NCBI GenBank assembly: GCA_051362555.1
Contig: CM120643.1
Coordinates: 17,550,848-17,614,847 of the forward strand
Source: Lingula anatina
Lineage: Eukaryota > Animalia > Brachiopoda
Direction: 5' to 3'
DNA: 64,000 nucleotides
Positions 26,109-43,300 of this stretch are shown here, one piece after another (position 1 is the stretch's first letter; the number at the start of each line of letters is the position of its first letter). The position numbers were made by a program, and so were the translations under genes. The notes beneath the pieces were generated by a model that saw only the letters and a program-made list of their open reading frames with translations, did not search any database and was not told the DNA's origin.

Positions 26109-27156
26109 CAGCTCAAGGGCATTTTTAACCAAATCGTCAGCTATATTTTTTACTATTGGAGATGAATTGATTATTTTTGAAAACGTCAAGCAGAAGAGGT
26201 AAAATGCTGCAATAGTTTCAACATTACAGAGATTTTTACAAACTTTTTGAATTCTGGTAGTTTATCTAAAATTAGCCATAATTTTTTAATCGACCAATAT
26301 AAAGCCACCCTAATACTCTCGGGAACCGGGGTGGGTCGGAGTGGGTTTTGGTGTATGGATGGAGAGGTGGGGTGTTGGTGGGGGCGGGGCTAACAGTCAG
26401 CGTCATGTACGGTAGTGCACAGAGATGTGAACACTTGGTCGATATGGTTTTGACCTATTCTGCCAAGAACAGGACCAATAGCATCCAATTTCTCCAAAAT
26501 GTAAACATGCAGAGAGTAAGCTAGGATAGGCCTACAACGGAGCTGTATTTTCTCCAGTGCAAACGCGTTTTAATCAGTCAGTGACGTTCAGGTATCTGTT
26601 GAACGCTTATCGCAACTATTGTGGTACAAACACGCTGGGGTTTGCTATCTAATACATGATATGCTATTGATACAGATAGCCATGATTGCGGGTGTGTCAA
26701 GACTAGCCTCAGAAGTATCGAATCACCCTCGGTCTGAATGACGTAGAATGCGTGTATAGTGATCAACCCGGTGTGTGCAGCAAGTCATCCAGTAATACGT
26801 GCATGTAAAAGCATGTGGGTGAGATACACACGCAAAAATATTTTGCTATTGCAATTTTTGCGAGCTTGCAAAAATCAGCAGATGACATCGATTCAAACAC
26901 CAAACTAACTAACAAATTAAAACCAGTCTGAACCGGGGCTAGGCTTGTGATTATCATTATTATGAAAGTCCACTGCGTCAGCATGGGAGATGACAGTCAA
27001 TTTCCTATGGTGGTCACTGGTCGGTGATGCTTGACATATCATAAGCGAAAGAAGGAAGATAACGATCTTCTGTTGTCTGATTGTCCTAGTGTCATACTTA
27101 TTTTGGCCAAAGGTAGAGTCATAAGCAACTTGGCAAGACGCAACAAAAAAGTAAAG

Positions 27157-27951
27157 ATGTCAGATGTTTGGGAACCGAGTCGCAGAAGCAGCGTTTATGA
27201 AGGTATAGAGATTTGGCCCAAAGCGGGCTGTTTGTAGCCCTTTTTTCTTATTCAGAAAAAAGTAAAATTCATCTAGTGTTACTTACAGATAGGCCTACAA
27301 CTAAATTGAAATGCAATGTGTATAACGGTGCATCTTTATTTATTTATTTATTTATTCACCTCAATCTCTTTGTAAGTGTGTCTTTTTGTAAATGGACATA
27401 ATTATCAATATACAAACCTCATATTGTAATATGCACTCGAACTATGACCCCAGCACTGCATGGCAAACATTGCTACTGCTTGCGTCTCAAAGATATCTAA
27501 GGAGTGTCCTGTCGACAGCCGCACTTAAAGAGCTAAAATCGTGGGCGTGAGATTTGCAAGGCGGCGGTTACTAATACCCACCTGACATCTTGGACAGCAG
27601 ATCATGTAAGTGGCGTGGATCTTTTAACAACAAGACAACAATCCTACTGGGACCAAGCATCCTGTTGAAGAATGCACCATATATCTCTACCTCCAGTCAT
27701 TCCACGTGGTTTAACGAGAAAATACACCGGTAGAATATAAGGGTAAAGAAGCTGGTTCCAGTAACAATCTAGCTTTGCCTGTAAGTAGAGAGTACAGCCA
27801 AGGAAGAAGAACGGTATACCAAGGAAGTAGATGTCTACAAACTTGAGAGTTTAGGGAAAATATTAATGGAGAGATTGGGTGAATAAACCTGGCTTCTAGA
27901 GTAATGTGAGATTGGGAAAGTTCACAGATACTAGCAGGACAAAATATAAAT

Positions 27952-27995
<44 letters not shown>

Positions 27996-30900
27996 AAAAT
28001 TCAAAACACGCTCAAGAACTTGGCATCTAGAAGTGAACTACTACTACTGTGTTCATTGTAGAACACATGGATCGGCCTCAAATGTCATTGAATCTGCGAT
28101 CTACGTTCTGTCAGTTCTATCGTGATGCCAGACCCACTTAGATAACAAGGCAGCAAAGCTGTCAAATGTACAGACAAAAAGCAGGAAATAACTATGCACA
28201 AAATAGGCTACTGTCAATTCTGATGCAAAAGTACATTATGTTAAACTGTAAATTCAACATCAAATTTTAATTATGCTCAACAGGTAATACCAATGAAAGT
28301 AAAATGTGTAACAAGCATAAGGCTTCAGGCCCATGAGAGTTCAAGTTCACACTTTGAAAATGTATAACTTCCAGAAAAAGAAGCCAATTAGACTGCTTTT
28401 CCAACTCAGGCTGCATGCTGATTTTCGAACTTGACCTCCGTTTTAGTAAGATCGATTACTCCTGAGAGTTTCACGACAACAGGCCTATCGGTTTTCCTTG
28501 AAATGTGTTTACAGTGTTGCATATATGTTGAAAAGTGAAAGAAAAAAGCATAACTTCTACAATAATGGCCCGATCATCCTGATTTTCGAACTTGACCTGC
28601 GTTTTATGAAAATTCATCAGCTCTTTAAATATAAAGCCCAAAAGTAAAACTGCCTTCCACTTATCGTGTTTACAATGAAAGTGCAAGGTGCCGGCAATGG
28701 CGATGACGGCGACGACAGACGCAGGTGATGGCAATGTGTACAGACACATCTGTACATATTTACTGTACTGTTTGAGAACAGTGACATGGTTTTTCTTAAA
28801 TGGTCATCATGGGAGCAGTGCCCAAAATAGGTTTTTTTCAAATTTTGATGCAATATTACATAATGTTTAACAGCATAATGACCATCAATTTTTAAGAATA
28901 AAATATTAGTATCATGGATATTCAGAAAATGTGACTAGCAAAGGTCTTCAGGCCCATGGAACTTCAAAGCCACAACTTGAAAATGCCAAAATGTAAACAA
29001 GACAGCACTGTTCTGAAATGGGTTTATTTCCATTTTTAACAATTTTTAACATAAAACAAAATTAACAGTTTACTGCCATTTTTATATGATCAACTAAGAA
29101 AATTGATGAGATGGGAAAAATATCAATAGAATAGTGTTTAATGTCCAATTTCTTCCATTCTGAGATTCTGAACATAGTGAATGATTCAATCTGTCAAACT
29201 GCAATGATATGAGTTTATTTCCATTTTTGAAACTTTATTACACAATACACAATAACAAGTTTAACATCATTTTTACAAAATCAACTAACAATGTTGTAAA
29301 GATGCAGGAAATGTCAAAAAAAAAAAAACACTTTTACATATCTTATTAATTAAATAATGAAACTGTTAACATGCCTAAGAATTGAATCTAAGGAAATGTA
29401 AAAAACAGCATAACTTCTAAAATAATGGCCCGATTATGCTGATTTTTTAACTTAACCTGCGTTTTAGCAGGATTGACCACTCCTGTGAGTTTAATGACAA
29501 TTGGCCTATCTGTTTTTCTTATATTGTGTTTACAGTGTTGCATATATGCTGAAAAAAGAAAAAAATACATAACTACTAAAATAGTGGCCCGATCATGCCA
29601 ATTTTCAAACTTGACCTGCGTTTTAGTAAGATCAATTTTTCCTGTGAGTTTCATGACAACAGGCCTATCGGTTTTTGTTGAAATGTGTTTACAGTGTTGC
29701 ATATATGCTGAAAAGTGAAAAAACAGCATAACTTCTACAATAATGGCCCGATCATGCTGATTTTCGAACTTGACCTGCATTTTATGAATATTCATCAGCT
29801 CTGTAAATATAAAGCCAAAAAGTAAAACTGCCTTCCACTTATCGTGTTTACAAGGAAAGTGCACGGCAACGACGGCGACTACAGACGCAGGTGATGGTAA
29901 TATGTACAGACACATCTATATATATTTACTGTACTGTTTGAGAACAGTAAGTGACATGGTTTTTCTTAAATGGTCATCATGGGAGCAGTGCCCAAAATAG
30001 GATTTTTTCAAATTTTGATGCAATATTACATAATGTTTAACAGCATGATAACCATCAATTTTTAATAATAAAATATTAGTATCATGGATATTCAGAAAAT
30101 GTGACTAGCAAAGGTCTTCAGGCCCATGGAACTTCAAAGTCACAACTTGAAAATGCCAAAATGTAAACAAGACAGCACTGTTCTGAAATGTTTTTTTTTT
30201 TCCATTTTTAACAATTTTTAACATAAAACAAAATTAACAGTTTACTGCCATTTTTATATCATCAACTAAGAAAATTGATGAGATGGGAAAAATATCAACA
30301 GAGCAGTGTTAAATGTCCAATTTCTTCCATTCTGAGATTCTGAACATAGTGAATGATTGAATCTGACAAACTGCAATGATATGAGTTTTTTTCCATTTTT
30401 GAAACTTTATTACACAATGCACGATAACAAGTTTACCATCATTTTTACAAAATCAACTAACAATGTTGTAAAGATGCAGGAAATGTCAAACAAACACTTT
30501 TACGTATCTTATTAGTTTAATAATGAGACTGTTAACATGCCTAAGAACTGAATCTGAGGAAATGTGAAAAATATGCTGAAAAGTGAAAAAACAGCATAAC
30601 TTCTACAATAATGGCCCGATCATGCTGATTTTCGAACTTGACCTGCGTTTTATGAATATTCATCAGCTCTGTAAATATAAAGCCAAAAAGTAAAACTGCC
30701 CTCCACTTATCGTGTTTACAAGGAAAGTGCACGGCGCCGGCATCGCCATCGCCATCGCCATCGGCGACGACAGACGCAGGTGATGGCAATATGTACAGAC
30801 ACATCTGTGTCTGTACATAAAAGGGGTACAAAGGCTTATGAATGGGACTGCATAGACAGCCCCCCCCTCCCACGTGTTTTCAATGAAATCAACAATTATT

Positions 30901-32095
30901 ACGGACACAAAATTAGCGTCAGGTTTCACTACATCTATATTATGTGAACGGTTTTGGATATGGTATACCTTCACAAGTTTTATTATACATATTCACAGTT
31001 TATAAGGCAATGTTGGCAAACATATTTTCTTGTTGATTACAGGAATGGCCCGCCGGCTTACCAACCCGGGAGTGAAGGCTCCAGAGTTCAAAGCAATTTT
31101 ATTGGGAGAGGCGGGGGTCGGGAAAACTTGCCTTTTTCGACGGTTTATAGGACAGCCGTTTCCAAGTGGAACAAAAACCACAGTGGCTTCGCAAGCGAGT
31201 GATAAGAAAGTGTACGAGACAGATGACGGAGATATACAGGTGAGTGAGTTTCTGCGATTATTATTTTGTCAAATGTAGGCCCTAACTTCTGGTCCGTCGA
31301 AGTTACATTTGATCTTGCCTTCCGCATAGACAATTTAACCCTAAAAATCACAGGTTGATTAAATTGTTTGTCAGTTGACATGGATCAGTTGAAATCTGTG
31401 TGGCTTTTGACACAATATACCAATGGACTTTTCTTTCTCTTATTATTATTATTATTCCTTTTTTTTGTTAGGTCTTCCTCTTCTTCCCCCCTTCCTTCTC
31501 CACCAAATTCATATTAGTTTAATAATGTCACCGTTATGCCCGATTAATATTGCTAACAAAGTTGAATAAAAAACTGCATCTTTCACATTATCAGGTCACG
31601 TACTGGGACACGGCGGGTATGGAACGATTGGCGTCACTTACAGAAACGTATTACCGCAATACAAATGTTGCCATTATCTTGTTCGACGTCACACGAAGAG
31701 ACACATTCGACCGAGTCATTTTCTGGGTGGAAAATATCCAAGAGAGACGCCATAACAAAGACCCGACAAAAGACATAAAAATCATTCTCGTGATGAACAA
31801 AATAGATTTGCGGACTTCTACCGGAAGTGATACGGATTTTGTGACTTCATCCGAGGTCTTGAAGTTCATTGAGAATCACCAAAATGGCTCCAAAATTCAG
31901 GCACTGTATGAAGTCTCTGCTAAAACGATGGAGGGAGTGGATGAATTGCAGAGCTTTGTGGTCAAATGTCTGAGCGAAGAACGAAGAACTTATGCCACAA
32001 TGGACAGAGACATAAAAAGCTTAAAATTACACAAGGACGATTGCAGCCCAAAATTCAGTCTAAAAGCATGGGTCAAGAAGAGTTGCGGGTTTTAA
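27157..32095 (+). CDS. Divergent Rab-like small GTPase (Ras superfamily)
   Basis: Exons 27157-27202 (putative, MSDVWEPSRRSSVYE, phase 1), 31043-31239 and 31595-32095. Motifs: G1 GEAGVGKT, G3 WDTAGMER, RabF-like TYYRNT, G4 NKID, G5 EVSAKT, C-terminus KKSCGF. The alternative start is ATG 31045. Confidence 0.85.
27954..27992. repeat. (AG)n microsatellite
   Basis: Seen directly in the sequence. Confidence 0.95.
28144..30822 (-). mobile_element. Non-autonomous Helentron-type (HINE/DINE-1/pearl-like) element array A in the putative Rab-like intron 1
   Basis: Minus strand reads TTT + perfect hairpin TATGTACAGACACA-GA-TGTGTCTGTACATA (30819-30790), a (GTCGCC/GATGGC)n microsatellite, and 159-bp core repeats (CATAACT at 29409, 29568, 29727). 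It ends in subTIR TGTCTGTACAT + stem-loop GACAGC-TTT-GCTGCC + TTGTT (28144). There is a ~1.17 kb higher-order repeat (28761 vs 29928). Confidence 0.85.
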
Positions 32096-32312
32096 TTCAT
32101 CTGTGTACAAAAAAACTTTTTGCCATGTAACTCTACTGACGACAGTGGTTAAAAAAGTAAGTTCACACCACATCCCCAGCATACAGCAAGACAATCAAAT
32201 TTTAATCGACTGTCGTCAATGTTTCAGCGCCATGATGTGACTGAGGGGTCTTTGCAGGCACGATATTAGAATCAACAATACAAAGTCCGTTCAATTTCAC
32301 TCTGGCCCTTAT

Positions 32313-32408
32313 CACCCTGAGTTTCAGAGGTCAATGTGTCACTGGAAAAGACAGGTATGCTGATTGCAGAGAGCCAAGAGTTTCCAGTGACCTCTAAACA
32401 TCAGGATG
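32313..32408. mobile_element. CACCCTG-family mini-MITE downstream of the Rab stop codon
   Basis: CACCCTGAGTTTCAGAGG ... CCTCTAAACATCAGGATG, with internal inverted repeat GTCACTGGAAA/TTTCCAGTGAC. Confidence 0.6.
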
Positions 32409-33444
32409 GCCCTTGCCTGAATTCCGTTTAAAGGAATTATTGACAAATTATTTTCACAAGATGACAATTACTTTGTCAACCATAGCTAATTAAGTTGCAG
32501 TTTCTACATCCGAATGCAAATCTTTTCATTTGATCCGCCATATTTGATCCGTGGATTTGTTAGTCCACTGTTCTGTATGCGCTCTTTGTAAATATGGATC
32601 TTTGATCCACAGTGTAAATTGGTTCTACTAGACTAGCATACGTTTCTCTAGCAATGAAGATGAAATATATTCCAAAATCAGCATTTCTTTTTCTTTTTTT
32701 CTTTATAATTTTTTAAAGTTAAAAGTTGTATGAACATTGGTTGTTGACTTGTTCATTAAAAAAATTCTGACCCAGTTTCCAGCAAGAAAACTAAATTTCA
32801 CTAAAGTCTTTTTCTTTTCTGAAAACTTTATTACCAGAACTGGACAAATGTCCATGAGAGTGGCCTTAACAAACACGCAGAACCCAAATGCTGTGATAAC
32901 ACATCTTCAAATCTATTTCTATGACACATCACTTTACAACCAAGCAGGCTGACTTTCCCAAACTTATTCAAGCAAGAAGATCAAAACATACTTCATAAGA
33001 AGTGAACCTCAAGCCGATGTTCTAAAGTTCTTGCAGACTCTCCAGGTTGAATAAAAAATACTTTATATGTTCCAAAGCATCGTTCCAGAGCCCTGCAGTA
33101 CCTCACAGACATTATAAAGTACCTCTCAACCAAGCTTGTAAAAGTAATACACTTTTGGCATATTGATTAACATCTTTCCATAACTTTCCAGATTTCAAGT
33201 TCTGCCTATCAACAAATATATATTTACATACCTGTCGTGTCCTAAACTTCCAAAAATGCAATATTTTGGGATCTACAGCAGAGACTGTAGTTTGTTTTTT
33301 GTCAGCCCAGTCTGAAATTTTACTTCATACTTATATAATTTATATAGAACACACAGTATCCACACGGCATGACTTGCCCCAATGTAAGAGTCATGTTAAA
33401 ACTGTTCCTTGTTTTCTTATAAGATGGCAGTGATTATTTCAAGT

Positions 33445-39901
<6,457 letters not shown>

Positions 39902-40364
39902 ATTGGATGCACCGCTCTCGTTGACAATTCTCGTTTAAGTGCGGCCATAATTTTTAGCTAAGGCTTAAAATAATAAATAAAAAGAATAGATTACTTTATA
40001 TTTTGAACTTTTATATACTATGGGCTTAGAATAAAAGAAAACCTTTATCATTTACTAAAATCCTAGCGTCCTTGACCTCGTTTAAAGAACTAGGTCATAA
40101 CATGGATTCATGTGTGGAATCAACCGGCGACACTTCCACTTCAAGAAATGTGATATCAGTTATGTGAACACAAATGATAAAACGTAATGGAATATGTTAT
40201 TTAAATATTTTGATACTGATTTACTGAAAGCAGTACAATTTAAGCTATTGTCCAGGGGGTTCGCATTTAGCAGAAATGGACTACCAAACTCTTAGCACAA
40301 ATGGACTACCAAACTCAGAAACTTTAGAAAAAAGAATGCATTGAAGTTATAATACTGCACTAAA
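39902..40364. promoter_or_regulatory. Bidirectional promoter/5' UTR region between NDUFS3 and CDK10
   Basis: Divergent ATGs 464 bp apart, a GCGGCCAT (YY1-like) motif at 39941, and a 25-bp tandem duplication at 40267-40316. Confidence 0.7.
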
Positions 40365-43300
40365 ATGGCAGAAGGGAGACAAAAGAGTGAAACCAAGACG
40401 GATGACGGGCGTGATAGTAACAGGGAGGAGGAGACGTCAAAGGACACAAGCCCCAAGACCAGGGGGTGGAAACGCGCTACTTATATGATTATGACGAGCC
40501 TAACCGTCAGCACCGGATATTAGTTTGTGACCTTGAGGGGCTATTAGGCTTGGTCTTTGCGGTACGCACGAACAGTAGTCGATCTACCACACCTGGGTCT
40601 TTTGTTTTTGACAACTGTTCACTCGTCAAGGAGGTGCTTGTTCAAGACTACAGACTGATATCTACTAGTACTACCAGTGGCTTCATTAGTAACGTTCCCA
40701 CAATACATGGTTTTCTGTCTGTGCGTACATACCCTGAATTTGGTTAGCCTCACTGACGAGAACAATGGACGTTTCTTACCCCTCTCTAGGATTACCCCTG
40801 CCAAGACCCCAGTCAAAGAGAGAGGCCACATGTTGTATTCCTTCCTTACTGGACAGTACATGCCCATTCCTGAGAAAGATTGGGTTTGTAAATAAATTGT
40901 ATATTTTCAGGCTTCCTGCATAATTTTAAAAAAGAAATGTCTGTCTGATTTTAATGAGATAAACTTTGTAGTTAGTTAATATATAGACTTACAGACTCTT
41001 TGCATTTGTCCTGTTTCCTTCTCGGAGATTGTAGGTTGCAGAAAAGATATTGCTGTTTTCACATGAACATTCTTTCTAAGCATTTACACTGTAGAACTGT
41101 TTTTGAACTTGACTTCTAGTCCAGTAATAAATAAAGTAATTATAATAAGGCATGTTAAATATCTTTTTAAAAGAATTGATAATATTTTAATTTTAAAGAG
41201 GAAAAATAGATAAATATACATAACATATTTACAGTCTGTATACCTTTTTGTAAATACTGGTATATCTATACATAGAATTATATTTGATACATAATCCTTT
41301 CAGCTTGGAAGATGCAGAAAAGTTACAGAGTTTGAGAAGTTGAACAGAGTGGGAGAGGGAACCTATGGAATTGTCTGTGAGCAAGTTTATTGTAAAATTG
41401 TTTTTATTTTGTCAAGATAAGGTACGTGATGATGAGTAACATAGTTTTGGTGTCACCAATCACATAAGCATGCCAGATTGATATTCATACATGTAGTATT
41501 TATATTTTAAATAATGTCAAAATATGGAATGTGTTCATGTTGAAACTGATTTTGAGATCAATCTTTTTCCTTTCAGACAGAGCACGTGATATGAAAACAA
41601 ATGAAATTGTAGCCCTGAAAATGATGAGGATGGAAAGAGAAAAAGATGGTTTGTATGAACATAATTTTATAATATCTCAGATGCTAGGAACAGTAAGTCT
41701 GACCAATCATAAGAGTTTGTTGTCTGTAGACTATTCTGAATACTTGAATAATTTCTTAGATGGTGCACTAATTCTGACAAATCATTACAGTTTGTTGCCT
41801 GTATACTAAGTACTCTGAATCCAGCATGTGATATGGGATGATACTATCTTATTGTTACTTGAGGTACCTGTATTATATGTGAGATATGTGGTAGATGAAA
41901 AGAGGTCAAAACATTTTTAGTAGAGAAAGCAATCTGGGATGCAATAAAATTTTGTCACTTCATGTGTCAGCTTTTTGATGAGTTTCTACTGGCTAAAAGT
42001 CCTAACAATTAATTTTTTCATTGAGTTTTTGGGACTGATTTTTGCACTGATGGTCAGAAAAATGATACAACAGCTGTTGATTCAAAATTTGAGGGGTAAA
42101 GCCTTATTAAGTGATATTTTTGAAAGAATGCTTTTTGAGAAATGAAGATATTTATATCTGTACTACTGTGTCATCCGTCTAATATAGCATTTTCTTAATA
42201 TGATGTTTTAAATATTTCAGGTATTCCAATTAGCGGGCTCAGAGAGATCAATATTCTACTAAATCTGCATCATGAAAATATTGTTACATCAACAGAAGTT
42301 GTGGTTGGGAAAAGCTTGGACAGGTGAATTATGAAATAATTATATAAATTATAATTCATGTAGAATTGACAATGGCTAAATTTTGTAAGGGCTTTGAAAA
42401 TAATAAATATCAAAAAATGATTGTTTAATTATTTTCAAATAATGATGACTTTGAAGTATATTATTTTACATTTTTGAAAAAATCTTTCCAGGTATTTTAA
42501 ATGTTAAACTCATCATTTCTTTCGACCCCTATATTGTTTTCTTTTTCAAAGTTCATGGCATGTTTTTCAGAGAGAATATTAACTAATCTTTAATGATTGT
42601 ACTGGTGTTGATTTTATATTTTTTATGACTGTGAAATTTAGGTTTATACCTCTGTAGTAGTAGTAGAAATAATAATGATAATAATAATAATAATAATAAA
42701 GATCTTAAGATTGCATTTTACACCCATCTCAGCACTTTCTACAATATAGAGATTTAAACTCAAAATCTTAAAACACACCAAATATAATCGCCTATCTTTC
42801 TTGGCGTGTTCTCAGCATATTCCTGGTGATGAGTTACTGTGAGCAGGACCTGGCCAGTCTGCTGGATAATATGCCAAACCCTTTCACTGAGGCACAGGTA
42901 TGTGGGCACACATTCAGCAGCATTTGGAGTTTTCTAGTTCTCTTAGGATGCATTCACAGTGAAACTATCATACTGAGTATTCGAGCCAACTCTGTGTGGC
43001 CTCCTAGCTGAATGCAATCAGATTAACAGATTAACATACCTCCTCCTAGCATTGAGTAGAACAAAAAAGTTGGTTATGATACAAGTATGTTGGAAACAAA
43101 AGGAGGTGTGTTAATCTGATTGCATTCAGCCAGAGCCCCCATGAAGTAAGTTCGAATTACCTAGTATAGTAGTTTCATTGTGAACACACCCTTATATTTT
43201 AACCTGGTTTTCTAATAAGAAAAAAATATTTATCCTCTGCATTCTCTAATTATTCAACTTTCTTCACTTGTATATCTAATGTTAAAAAAAGTTTAATTCT

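Noticed and set aside
29400-29790. Regularly spaced repeats superficially resembling a CRISPR array
   Set aside because: The whole 159-bp unit repeats with no unique spacers, there are no cas genes, and the context is a eukaryotic intron.
30638-30670. Hammerhead-like string in the Helentron (minus: CTGATGA ATATTCAT AAAAC GCAG GTC)
   Set aside because: It has AAAA instead of the essential GAAA, a very weak stem II and no stem I pairing.
28471-30974. Repeated minus-strand ORFs ([13 protein letters not shown]..., up to 175 aa) that look like a paralogous gene family
   Set aside because: They are translations of the Helentron terminal module and 159-bp core repeats. Frames differ between copies and there are no Rep/helicase motifs.
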